Source: Phoronis australis
Lineage: Eukaryota; Animalia; Phoronida
DNA: 64,000 nucleotides
NCBI GenBank assembly: GCA_002633005.1
Contig: NMRA01000053.1
Location: 253,563-317,562, forward strand
Reading direction: 5' to 3'
This document shows, piece by piece, positions 1 to 11,790 of the stretch (its first letter is position 1; each line of letters starts with the position of its first letter). The position numbers and the translations under genes are program-made. Below the pieces are notes generated by a model. The model ran no database searches. It was not told the DNA's origin and saw nothing but the letters and a program-made list of their open reading frames with translations.

Positions 1-24
1 GCTGAGAGATATAAAAAGAAAAGG
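1..24 (-). other. 3' splice site (polypyrimidine tract + CAG) of the next exon of the minus-strand gene; the exon starts at base 1 and leaves the window
   Basis: Minus strand reads ccttttctttttatatctctcAG|c, a strong acceptor ~920 bp downstream of the donor at 924-925. Confidence 0.5.
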
Positions 25-925
25 TTTCATGTGTGTCAACACCAGTCAGATACCTGAAGTTCATAGCACCTGCAAGCAATTTTCATAACACGTCTGCATT
101 TTCTAGTTTACCATTAAGTTTTAAAATAGCACCTCCTACCCTGAAACCTAATATAGCTGCTGTCAAAAATGTATGCATAAAATCGTCAACCTTGAAGAAC
201 AGTCTATGAACATTTTACACTATAACTGGAGCCCACTTCACTTATCTGAACTTATGCAACTAAATAAGGGAGGATGTCCAGTGTTGAACTGTGTCTTATC
301 TTAACTGAACTGGCCTTAGACCTCTTTTTCTACAATAAATAGAAAATTAGCCAGGCATGTGCTATTTACCAAAGAATCCTTCACAATAAAAGATCATCAC
401 CCATACTATTCATTGAATGCCAGCTAGACATTTTTCGGCCTGTAGTTCCAGTAACCCATTGTTTATGTACTGCCGTGCATTGTGGTTCAACTGATCTCCC
501 ATCTGAGCACTCAATGTTTTGCATGTACTCAACTGAATATGATTTATAGTCAGTAAAGTGAAACATCGTGTTTATAATAAATGTCTGACTGTGTGTTATG
601 GCATTTATTTTTCAATTTTTAATCTTGCACTAAGCAGTGTATCTATTCCAGAGTGTTGACTGGTCAGTGATGAACCGTCGTGTTGACTCGGGTCAATGAC
701 TGGCCACAAATCATTTTCACAATAACAATTATATACTAAGAAACAATTCAATCCGCAACTTTCATCTCACTATACAATCACTCTAAAATATTCATTTGAC
801 CTGTGCAATACATAATCACATGGATGACCTGATTAATACCCAACTGCTACATTATAGGTATAGGCTCTCAACCTATCTTCACAGGTCTAATATTCACCCA
901 ACCTCATTGGATATTCATTGAGTAC

Positions 926-1081
926 CTGAAGCTGAGCTGGCAGTGCTTGGAGACTGTCGTTTTGTTTCTGGTGTAGGGGGTGCTTCCATCGGCCTCACGG
1001 TGTCCAGCGTGGATGGGCGAACAGTTTTGGCAGTGGTAGGGCGAACAGACTGTTTCACTGAACGTGATGGAGAAGAGGAAC
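926..1081 (-). CDS. Internal coding exon (156 nt, phase 1-1) encoding a Ser/Pro/Thr-rich segment of an unidentified gene
   Basis: Acceptor tttcgtcAG at 1082-1083 and donor GTact at 924-925; open frame xSSSPSRSVKQSVRPTTAKTVRPSTLDTVRPMEAPPTPETKRQSPSTASSAS; length divisible by 3; GC higher than flanks. Not in the ORF track. Confidence 0.7.
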
Positions 1082-3799
1082 CTGACGAAAGATCAAAGAT
1101 AGTCGTAGCTTCATTTTGACAGCCAACTTCTCAGGCTTAAAAGTCTACACTAAGTCATGAAGAAACTTAACTAGCCACTAAAGTAAAGAAAGGATTTACA
1201 AGTTTTGTCGCAAAATTTTCATGCACATAAAGTGACCACAATGCCTCCATTTTGGAACCAAATATTGGCCAACTCCCGTATGAAATATTTATAAATGATG
1301 CAAAATTACCCTCACCAGACCCAAAAATTCCTCTTCAATGATTAGAAAATACCCTCAAGATAAGGATCACTTTGGTGAAACATTAGTCTAGACTTCTCAA
1401 GACATTGCCAATGAAGAGTGGCGACAGGGAATACTTGGTTCTGAAAAGTGGTGTTGAATTTTTCCCTCAACAAAAAATTCCCTTCTCAGAAGGTACACCT
1501 TTCCACTCAAGTGTGTGTGACAGCCCTGATGTATAAATTACAGAGATTTACGCGCAAAACATGCTTTGTGACTGGAAAAAAATATGAACACGTGACAACA
1601 AATGTGTGGATATTATTTTTGTCCACATTCCTTCGGGTAATAAGGATTTGAAAACAAATAGGTTTAAAGGGTCGTCAATCAGTATTTAAAACACATCCGA
1701 AAAGCCGTAATTCGCTGTAACAAAGGCTTTCAGTTACCTTAATCACCAGAGCTGATTTATCCGAGGACACTATAAAATCAGTCATAACAAAAATGGTAAT
1801 GATCGTGATCTAACAAGAGTTAACTGGTTATATTCATAGACGCAACAAATGTCACCAATTACCAAGGATTACATATAGCGATAATTCTAACACCTTAATC
1901 AAAGACTGACTTAGTCGATAAGATAACTGTAATCCCAATATGAGTTATCCAATTGGAAATTGTTGTAAAAATTAATCATTCCACAAAGTCATCGGGTTTT
2001 GCACTTTGTTCAGTCTGAAGTCATTCATGAGTCAACAATAACAGGACCTAAAACAAGTATTTGATCTATCAAATTCATTAGTTAACACTCTGCATAGTGT
2101 TCTCCCTAAATGTTATTACTGTAAATGTTTTTAATAGAGCCATATTTCCATAGCCCTGAGCTATGTTTCAAAGCACGGTAAAATGTGACACCAAACACTA
2201 TGCTCTGGCCTCAAACAACAGACGTATTTGCTCTTCCGAAACAGCACGTCACTCTCATTGTGTCCTTGTTCTTCATTTGAATAGAAATTGCTGATGATAA
2301 ACCTGCAGTTTCACTGATAGCATTACTAATTCTGCGGCTGAAGTACTAAAGAATAGCCCGTTCTTCTCAACCTCGCTTCTAGTCTGAGTTTTAAGAACAA
2401 TGTGAGAGCAACTTTATAATAGAAAGAGCCTTGAATTAAAAAACTGATAATCAAAAAGCATGTTTTACTGCACCTTAAATCTCAGATGGCGCCCGAGTCT
2501 GCATGTCACAAGCCGTCGTGCCTTAGTTTAACAAACCCCTTTGTTGAGTGAAAAGCATTCACCTGAAGCTCAATGCATGCAAACATGCCAATCCTGAGAT
2601 ACTGTGACCCGAGCAGCAGAGCATTTCTCTCCCAAGACCACACAACCAAGCAGTGGTATCCCATGTCTTGCTAGCATCCCACGTAAAGTCTCTGCATGTG
2701 TGTGTACTTTAAGTGACCAGTTCCTAATGACTACTTAGCATATTTGTTACTAAAATGACAGAGATCAGACTGTACCTGAGTCAGCTTTCTTCAGAAAAGT
2801 TCACGAAACCATATCAACTGACTCAATGAAAGCTTGCAGTCTTCTCGAGCTTTCCAGGAACCTATTCCATATCATTCATTTATGGAAATATTCCATAGAT
2901 CCTAGGATATTAAGTTCATGTACAACGTCGTTCCTAAGTCTAACCCCTACACAAGCAGCTGGATGATAGGTGTGGATGATAGGTGTGCAGACCACAGCCA
3001 TCAACAGACTCACCCATACTGAAATGTTCCCAGCCGAAGTTCATGACAAATGCCGAAACGCCAGTATTCCTCTCATCAAGTAATTCTATAGGAAATTACA
3101 TCAGGCAAAATTTAATCTTAACTTTAATGGACTTTTTTGCAATAGTTTATTAAATAGTTTGTTGTCGGTGACAACAAACTGAAAAACAAATGCATTTTTA
3201 ATTGCTTTAATTCTGACTCTATGCAACTGTCAAAAATCACAGCATTCATTTAGGTCAAGGCCAATATATAAATAATAATTTGGTTCTCATCTGTGGTTGA
3301 TTTGACAATTGATAAGCTGGTGCGTTACTTTTAGCCAATGTTTCTTGAAACATAAAAATTCATCTGATATTTAAGTAGCATAAACTGGCAAAGTATTTTT
3401 CTGTATCCAGCTCAAACAGTGATGCAGTGACATGGTTGGGGAGAGGGAGCTATCAGCTATGCTTCTGCGGACAAGGGGTCATGGATTTTCTTCGCTCCCC
3501 ACTAAAGGAAACCTTCATATGCCGCTATAGTCATTTTAAGTGATGTTGAGTTGGAAATCACATCTATGCGTACATGATTTTAACACCTGTGTTATTTGTC
3601 GTTTGTTTGTACAATCACATAAAAACCAATAAACCATTCTTACCACTTTAAGTTTGTGTTTCAGGTAATACAGTCGTGCGAAGGTTTTCTAATCAAAGCT
3701 AAATTTAGATTGCAGTCATCATAAGGTTACACTCAAAGTTCACTCAACAACGTCTCCATTTTTACCTAAACGTATGAGGCGTGTTGATCATATGTACGA

Positions 3800-4197
3800 C
3801 CTTAACACAGTAAACTTATTATTTCCTGAAAGTAGGTAGTCTATAGTAGTTGATTGTTGACTTTTGACCAATCTGTTATTAATTGGGTCATGTGATCATG
3901 TATTTTGGTAAAATTAAGCAAAATGAAAAGTTATGATAGCAAAGAATGGTATCAACAACAAGATGTTAATATAATATATATATTTTGTTTTCGTTTTATG
4001 CAACTTTAAACATTTTTCTTGAAAATTGTTCAAGTCCAATTTTTATAGGCCCTCATGCAAAAGTGGAACATTTTAAAACAATTCCTAACACTGTTTTCAA
4101 AGCATAGTCTCTTGAAGTTTCAAGTGAATACCATCAACCATTTCTGAGATATGATGTTCTGAAGTCATCCAAACTTGGAATTTTTATAGGATCCTAC
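3800..4197 (+). repeat. ~400 bp interspersed repeat family of unknown class; other copies at ~20730-21153 (+), ~36040-37180 (-, split by the RNase H LINE fragment) and ~50386-50760 (-)
   Basis: Shared blocks aattgggtca..catg, aaaagtggaacattt, ccatttctgagatatgatgttctgaagt.atccaaa and a common end gg..cctac between copies. Confidence 0.65.
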
Positions 4198-5447
4198 AAA
4201 CTTCAATTGATCTGTTGTCAAGCGCACTAAAAAGAAATATTCACTGATATTTTGTGGTGAGAGCTGAGTGTCTTGAGTCATGAAATACAGCCACTCAACA
4301 GTTCTTGTTTCTATGGCTACACTGTGGTTGGAATGGAGCTCATAAATGTTAACTGGATAAATGAACAGCTTCATTCTTCTTTTTCAGATGTTAGTCATTT
4401 TTACCAGCCGATGATGAGCACCATATAACTTCAAGGCAGTGATAATACAGCCAAATAGTCAAGACACTAGCCAAACACCAGTTACATGAATATATTTGTG
4501 AGGTTTTTGAAAATCAACATATGCATTAAATTTTTGTCAAAAGTGATGCGGGTGAGCCCTTTCTCTATTCTTCACAGCTTCAAAAATAAGTCAAGAGCAG
4601 GCCAGAAGCGAAATGCTTTTTGGCCTCATGATACTATCAGTGAGGAACAGATGACACTCTATGTACAACATGATCTATTCACATTAATGAAGTGAGGAAA
4701 TTTCCTTGTAACATACTTCACCACAGAACGAAATATAATCCCCATTGAAATATATCCATGTAAATTTTCCATTTGTTTTCAAGTTATAATTTTGACCACT
4801 TACACAGCTCAAAATTGACGAATTTTTGTACAGAACTGTAACACAAAACCTTAACCTTGATTTGATTATATATTCTAGTGAGCATGATAGACAGAGTAGA
4901 CAAAATGCATTATTCTCTCAGAAACGGACATTTTGCAGTATTTCTCCTTTTGTGTGAATCACTTGAATATCCCACTGCGTAACAGTGGTAATTTGATGAC
5001 ATCTTAATCACAAAGAATTTGTAAAAAACCAACGAAATTCCATGGCTGCAGTGAACTGTAGGTGACGCAGGATGTCCTCTATCAAGCACTTGCCACCTAG
5101 TGTCGTGAATATGTAAACGTTATAATGAAAAAACATATCGCTCTGATGCTTTGAAGCCTCTCCCGAATTAATTCAGTATACAGCCTGTGAACAAAAAACG
5201 ACTATACATTTTTAAAACTGTTTGAAAACTAAGAGTTTACCTTTCTTGCCAAGAATCCATGATATGATACTAGTGGATCTCTGATCTTCAAAACTGAGAT
5301 GCGCAAACTCTGTCAATGTCTCTCTTTCTTTCTCACAATCTTGGTACAGGGGATTTGTCGCCATTTTTACTTACTTCCTAAAAAGTTAGGTTTACAAGCT
5401 CTAGACAAAATACACAAGTGACACAAACAGTGGATATGGAATCATCC

Positions 5448-5881
5448 CCTGGCACCAGCAATGTAAAAATGGCCTGTTGCCAATTTGGGCAAACAACATT
5501 TTTCTCGAGCAGCCCTTCATTCAGTAGCCCAGAACAGCAACTGGCCATATTTACATTGCTTGTGCCAGGGTAAATGGCGTCATATTTGATTGAGCTAAGA
5601 ATAGTTAAAGACATCAACAGTCTCCTAAAGCCTCTTAAGGTGTCCCTCTATGCCCAAATGGTTACTTAAAGCAACATGCCTTTGATGGTTTAAAGAGTGC
5701 CAGGCACAATTCACCGAAGAGTTTCCGACGTATGGAGCACCAATTGAATGCCTCTACTGCAGCCAGTTGAGACAGTGCCCAAACTGTCAACTGGCCATTT
5801 TTATTCTGCTCACACCAGGGGACATGATGTCATATCACCTGGTGTGAGCAGTGTAAAAATGGCCAGTTGCCAATTTAGGCA
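5448..5881. repeat. Two related long inverted repeats (hairpins) within a degenerate ~300-340 bp direct repeat
   Basis: Arms 5788-5819 and 5838-5869 pair 30/32; arms 5448-5479 and 5538-5569 pair 29/32; anchor ttaaagacat..aca/gg.ctcc recurs at ~5605, ~5945 and ~6215. Confidence 0.8.
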
Positions 5882-6240
5882 ATAAAACAAAGGACTGCTA
5901 AAAAAAGTTTGAATACGGGACTAATTGTTCGAGTTTGATGGAGTTAAAGACATTGACGGCCTCCCAAGGAACGTAGAGCAATGTGACATTGATGGTTTAA
6001 TCAAAGTGAGGCATAATTTGTTGAAAAGCTTGCAGCATATGAAGGGCCAATGGGATGGCCACCACCTCTACAGATAGTTGAGATGGTGGCACTGGTGCTC
6101 AAAATGTGGCCGCCAGGGTCGCAACTCTGATACCTGAACAAAATGGCACCATTCACATGTGAGACATCTTAATTACCAAATTATTTGTTGACTGGGAAGG
6201 ATTTAAACTCAAGTTTAAAGACATTGACAGCCTCCAAAGG

Positions 6241-6616
6241 TGTTTCTCATGTATAAGACCATGCTCAACCTGGTTGCCTTCTCCAGTTACCTGCTACCCT
6301 TACATATTTCTAGTTCAGGTGATTGCCACTTTCATACCTTTGAGAGAACATACATTTGCACTGCATACTACGCAAATTCTTTCTTTCCATCTACTGTTTT
6401 ACTTTGGAATAGACTTCCACAACATGCCATTTCATCAGAAACAATGAGATGTTCACGAGTCACATTTCAAATATCAACCTTACTTAGTAAGTAATAAAAC
6501 CTGTTTTTATCTTGGCACTAACCCGCACTTTTCTTCACAGTTATGCATGGTTCAAATTTATCAATAACACGCACGTAACTTCAGTTTTTCGAACACTTGT
6601 TCTACTTCAAAGAAGA
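6241..6616 (+). mobile_element. 5'-truncated CR1/L2-group LINE, 3' end of ORF2 plus 3' UTR
   Basis: Translation LMYKT..NLV...YYANSFFPSTVLLWNRLP matches the typical CR1-group C-terminal motif SFFPxTxxxWNxLP; short (aag)n-like tail at ~6609-6617. Confidence 0.75.
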
Positions 6617-6795
6617 ACGATAATCAGTGTCGCCTATGTTGGAGTAACAGAGTCGCTGCTAAGACTGAGGTTGTTTTGACAGTCCATAGCAACAGAGAAG
6701 CCCTTGGCCAGACCGTACAGTGAGTTCTCTTACCATGTAATGTCAGCTCTGGGAGTTCAAAACATATCGTTAAAATACAGATAGCTGTACCATAT

Positions 6796-7323
6796 TGCAG
6801 AAATAGCCGAAATTACCCGGCCCGGGAATAGAAACAGCGACCCCCATAAAACTGGCGAGCGTGCTAACCATTCAGCTAATAGGCAATTGCCCATTAGCAA
6901 GAAGCTAACAGAGGCTCACATGATTCACCAGAAGCATATCTACAACATTCCCCCCTTTCTGACTAGTATGGAACAGGCACGCCACCAGGAAGGTGAACAC
7001 CAGGATGTCAACGTCCCTTGGTACCTTTAGCACCACAACACAGGTGAACACAAGGTAGTCTCTCATACAGGTCCTCAACTCCTGGAACTTTCCATGCGCG
7101 CCGTCACGAGGTCTGCGGGCATACTAGTTGGCTTCATCGGCAGATCATCCGTTTGCCGATTACGCCGTTTGTAGTAATAGCCGAGATTGCTTGACCTGGG
7201 AATCGAACTAGTGACCCCCATAAAACCGGCAAGCATGCTAACCATTCAGCTAAAAGGCAATTGCCCCTTGTTAGCGAGTAGCTAACAGAGGCTCATATGA
7301 TTCACCGGAAGCACATCTGAACA
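6796..7323 (-). mobile_element. TRIM (miniature non-autonomous LTR retrotransposon) with tRNA-like LTRs, Helenus-like
   Basis: Two ~152 bp direct repeats (7170-7323 and 6796-6947), both TG...CA, about 85% identical by eye; PBS-like sequence at 7154-7167 complementary to the tRNA-Ser 3' end (12/14); PPT agaaaggggggaa at 6948-6960; flanks atat/gtat; A box at 7242-7252 and B box at 7199-7209 inside the LTR. Confidence 0.85.
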
Positions 7324-7398
7324 GTATATTTATAGTAGGCCTGCAGCTTTGCACCAAGGCTCTCTCCACTTCAGCCTGGTCATCATTTCAAAAGCTAT

Positions 7399-7509
7399 TG
7401 TTGCAGATGTGCTTCGAGTGAATGATTATGAGCCTCTCTGGTACCGGCGGTAGTTAGCAGGTCGCTGGTTCGCCTGATCGGCCGTAATCTCGGCTATTAC
7501 TTCTCTACA
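7399..7509 (+). mobile_element. Internally deleted solo LTR of the same TRIM, inverted relative to the full element
   Basis: Begins tgttgcagatgtgcttc..gtgaat..atgagcctct and ends aatctcggctattac..ctaca, matching both LTR ends in reverse orientation. Confidence 0.75.
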
Positions 7510-7710
7510 GCATTATATAATAGCAACACTGTGTTAAAGTATCGCCAGTCCACCGCCGAGCACAATAAATTCCCATGATTTGAAAACCTGTTTCAGTGCA
7601 CTTCAGCTGCTGAGGGATGCAATTGAAAAATTAAAAAAAGACGGAAATGAAAACCATTGCAAAAATGTTCGACAAGAAGAACAAGTTATTAAATTGAACC
7701 GCAGACGTAC

Positions 7711-7798
7711 CTGTGTTTAGGATCATGAAGACAGTCGGTTTTCAAATATCATCCATGATAAAGACAGGAATTAAGTTTGAACGGGGAATAATTAAAGG
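7711..7798 (-). other. Probable 5' UTR or first coding exon of the minus-strand gene
   Basis: Acceptor ctactttcAG at 7799-7800 and strong donor acag|GTacgt at 7709-7710; all frames have a stop unless translation starts at the late ATG (MILNT, phase 1, compatible with exon 926-1081). Confidence 0.35.
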
Positions 7799-8109
7799 CT
7801 GAAAGTAGCGACGACATAGAGATCAGCCCCCATTTTGATCTCCTCTGTTGGAAGTTACTAAACGAGTTAGTTAAAACTAGTGCCACCTAGGGAATAATTA
7901 ACAAATGACTCACACCCAGTCCACACTCAACTGGAGTTCAAGGCCCAGCCATGCATCATGGATTTGTTTTCCAAAGCACAACAGATGACAAATGTTTGCG
8001 CATCATGCTCAGTTTCACTTACACGTAATGACAGATTCCTTTGATACTTGGGTCATGATTTCAGTTTGTTGCGGATAATTATCCAGGGTTGTAAAATTAT
8101 TGTATCAGA

Positions 8110-8760
8110 TTTTCAGACGCGTGGCCTACAGCCGACGCAGATCGACCCCGGCCGGCCGGGTAGGCCTACTGTCTCAGACTAGTGGGCCACTATTCTCGTA
8201 GATGATTTCAAATTATGAAATCATTGTATAACAAATTATATTTTATGACAATACGAAGCGTTTGTATGTCCTACTCTAGTCTTGTCTTATGGCCCGGCCC
8301 GTGATGAGTTACTGAGTCTGGAGCGCGATCCAGTGCTCTGCCGGGCCGCTCCGTCACCGCTCAGTCGTTGCGCCTACTAGAGGCCTACCCGCCGGGTCCG
8401 GGTGCCAGTCTGCCGCTGCAACCGCCGGAGCTGGTCACAATAACTAAGAGTTTTAATATTTTTTTCTAAGGAACGAATCAGCAACTTAAAGTAGACCTGA
8501 CTTAGCATTTCGTGCATAGTAGGCCCGGCGTAACTCGATCGTTTGGTGACATCGCCAATACTCGCCGCAAGGCTTGTGTTGGGCGTTTAGGGTTCTGAAG
8601 GTACGAATCTTTAAGTAATTATATAAATTTAAAAAAGTAAATCATTAACAAGCATTCGATAAAACCTGTAAAAAATTTCATTAAGACTTGTAAATTTTCG
8701 AACTAAGCGTCGTCACGGTGAACACACCGGGCCGGCGCCATTTGATAAAATATTATCTTT
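8110..8760. promoter_or_regulatory. CpG-rich, GC-rich island, likely promoter of the minus-strand gene
   Basis: Sharp local rise in CpG and GC (ccggccgg runs, taggccta) against an AT-rich background; YY1-like cgccatttg at ~8737; lies between divergent genes. Confidence 0.5.
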
Positions 8761-9009
8761 CGGGAGGGTGAAAACCCTAATTTGATTAAAGCTAAATACT
8801 CTTTCCGCATTATTTTCGTTAAGAACACCATAAACAAACTTTAAAGCAGCTGATTTGAAACTATGACTACCAGAAGGTACTCTTTCAAATCACGATGAAG
8901 AAAATTTTCTAAAGTTCGGTTGCAATTTTTTTTTGCTGCAACATCAAAATAACCGTCACGGAGTTGCGTGAACTTAGAAAAAAACATAGCAAAAAGCGCC
9001 AATACATCG

Positions 9010-9251
9010 CATGAACTCACCCAGCCTAAAAATGGTGGGGGCTCCGTCAATTTTTGGGAATGTGGACCTTTTACTAAAAAAAGAGGTACGTTCAGAGCTG
9101 TGAATTGTGCACTTGACGAATTTTGGTAGATCCTTTCTTTCTTCATTGAATCTTTTTTTTTTTCTTTGAGGCGGACCTTTTGCTCACTTCTCCAACTGGA
9201 GGGCTCATCTGAGCCTCCCCCCACGGAGCCCCCCCCTTGGGTGCGAGTATG
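9010..9251. mobile_element. MITE-like element with imperfect TIRs (cat...caccca); related ends at ~11199 and ~11303
   Basis: Left catgaactcaccca versus reverse complement of right end catactcgcaccca; cacccagcctaaaa..ggggg recurs at 11311-11337. Confidence 0.45.
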
Positions 9252-10577
9252 CATCAGAGAGGGATGTGTTGTGTGAAGTATTCATGTTCTGATTAGTAAC
9301 GCTGCCATGTCGTTTGATTAATTAGAGACTATTCTATCTGCTAAATTAGTGCCAATGAAAGAAAGACTATGTTCTTGTCTACTCCTCAGAATCATACCAG
9401 GACAACATAACCAAGAGTGCACTGGAGTTGATTAGCGGCTTGCAGCTTGCAGTGGCTACCCGGATTTTATAAACCTTAGGTGACAAATTAGGATGGGGTT
9501 CATTATTGCAGCTTGATGAAGTAAACTAAACCAGAATCTTTATGGGAGTATATTACGTTTTGCAGTTACTGACACATCTTATAGTTTCCCGGGCCAATAA
9601 CACCAAGCTCTTTATAAAATGAACGCCTACTTACCATAGTCAGAACTGTAGACCTATCTAAAGTTTTGTCCCACAGAAGCGAATTTTAGTTCAAAATACC
9701 TTCCATTGGCGTGCATAGCTCTTAAAATGCACACACAAGTACCATTAGAAAACCCATGTCGTCATCGCAAAGCACCTTTTGTTCAGTGCGAAACTTATTA
9801 AACCAAAACCGGCATTTCACGTCCAGTTATCCATACCTTTGTGTCTGAAACCGATAGCGGTACTGTACATTTAGAAATTGGGGCAATTGTCGCATAATCA
9901 AGTTTGGGGGTTTGATTAGGCATATCCATATCGTATCGATTTACAAATGTAGCTTTGCCCCTGTTTTTCAATTTTTGTTGAGCAATGCCAAACAGCGTTT
10001 TTTGGTCTGTTCCCAGGCTTACTCTTAAAACACCATATAGATAATAGATGTTCATCACAAAGGCATCAGCGTCAATGTCACTGAGAAACCGTTAACTTTT
10101 TATCATGTGGACATCGATAGCGTAATGCGTCATCCGGTTCTCGTTTTTTTTTTTTTGATCTTCTATTTTTTTCTGTAAGCTTTTGCCTCTGGTACCTGTC
10201 TTCTGTCAAAAGTATCTTTTGGTTTGGGGTTATAAAACTGGTCCCCGGCAACTTTCTTTCTATTCGAAGTAACTGAAGAAGGTGTTAGAAACCCGTTCAC
10301 TGTCAAAATAACTGTTGATTTAGACCACCAACCCATAATGCCTATAAAGCTGGTTTCAATGCATTCCTTATTCAGATTATAATTGATTTCTGACGTTCGT
10401 TCCTGCTTGACTGAAAGCAGTCTGACGGCATGTATTCTCGCCCGGGCGGCAACGATATGTGTCATGTGCGACAATATATGCCACAACAAGCCTGTCATGA
10501 TTTACGAATTAAATTTGAACTTCAAAATTGTAGAACTCTGTTTACAATTGCCAGTACATGCACTTTGAGTACCTACT

Positions 10578-10734
10578 CAGTGGCGGATTTAAGGGGGGGG
10601 GGAAGTGGGCCATGCCCCTCTAAAATTCTCCCAGATTCCATTTAGCAGTTCGGGGGTGCGAATGTCTGACAGGCAAAACCCTGGCTAATACTCTGCCCTG
10701 TCCCCCCTAACTCAAAATCCTGGATCCGCCCCTG
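10578..10734 (+). mobile_element. hAT-like MITE, 157 bp; second copy inverted at 52450-52608
   Basis: TIRs cagtggcggat / atccgcccctg with G- and C-runs inside; whole length matches the reverse complement of 52450-52608. No TSD recognisable. Confidence 0.75.
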
Positions 10735-11644
10735 CTATTTTTTTGGTGGTCATGTACCGGCACTGTACACTATAATGGTCTTCAAATTAATATCTTTCGA
10801 TTTCGGACAAAAATATTGTTTTGTCGTTTTTCTTTTCTGTAATGAAGTCTCGCATTTTAGATGGTTTGGTGCTGTGTGTTTTGCGTGAACACTATTGGAG
10901 GTTATTTTCATGACCTGAATTTGAAATGTTTTTTAATTCCTCATGATTTATAGGGGGAAGGGCACTCGTCCCGGGCAGCCCCTCCAAGAGCGGACTTCGC
11001 CTGTGTGGGTACCCCTTAACATGAAAGGTATCACTAGGCTGCCCAAATACTCGAATGTGAAACACTGTATCATTTTTTAGAAATGGAAAGGGCTGCCAGT
11101 TGATTTCATGGTATGGCCCTCCTCCTTCTAACTGGGCCACTTTCCTTAACTTTAAGGAATGTACGATTTTACGAAGGACAATTGGTTTCATTGAAGAGCA
11201 TGTGCGCACCCGGCCTGGGGGGGATAGCTGGCGAAGTGGGCAAAAAGGGCCGCCTCAGAGAAACAAAACTCTGAAAACGGAAAACGAGATAAAAGTCCAC
11301 TACGTGCGCGCACCCAGCCTAAAATACAGGAGGGGGGNTCAGAAAACCTTTCAACGATAAACTCCCACCTGTTGGAACAGTCATACGTCGATGTTATAAA
11401 CTCTCTTTGTTTCAGTATTGATTCGCTTGAACGAATGTGCGTTACTTCCAAATTTTTGCCCGGGCGTATATTTGGATATTTTCCTGCGGCCCCGCTTGTC
11501 TGCACCTGGGAACTGGTTCCTAGTCTGCACTGAGAAAGCTCCGACACGACAACCCGGTTACCCCCACAAAAATGAACTCGCCTCGTGATTATTTTCCAAC
11601 TCAAATCAATCAGTAGGTTATGACTGCTGTTGGAGTGTAAGCGA

Positions 11645-11660
11645 TAGGTTATAAGGCGCA
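11645..11660 (+). promoter_or_regulatory. TATA-like element upstream of the EGF gene first exon
   Basis: TATAAG at 11650-11655, ~70 bp before the ATG at 11721, in a locally CpG-richer region. Confidence 0.3.
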
Positions 11661-11720
11661 CGTTACATTGGCTGGTATTCCAAGACTTGGAAGTTACACG
11701 TTATCTTTAAACGGTCCAGA

Positions 11721-11790
11721 ATGCGGCTGGCCGCTTTTTTAGGATTAGCATTGATCTTAATCCTCGAGGTGACAATAGAAATCAACGCAG
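11721..11790 (+). CDS. Exon 1 (signal peptide) of a secreted or cell-surface multi-EGF protein
   Basis: ATG in agaATGc context; MRLAAFLGLALILILEVTIEINA has a basic n-region, hydrophobic core and I-N-A cleavage motif; perfect donor gcag|GTAAGT in phase 1, matching the phase-1 EGF exons. Not in the ORF track. Confidence 0.8.

Noticed and set aside
54-69. Possible 16 nt minus-strand microexon (gcAG|gtgctatgaacttcag|GTatct)
   Set aside because: Length not divisible by 3 and the following intron would be only ~52 nt; no supporting evidence.
2563-2861. Two minus-strand exon-like segments with AG/GT boundaries
   Set aside because: Weak acceptors and stop codons in the frame needed to join exon 926-1081.
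6796-7323. Functional tRNA genes
   Set aside because: A and B boxes are present but no full cloverleaf; they lie inside TG..CA direct repeats with PBS and PPT, so they are LTR parts.
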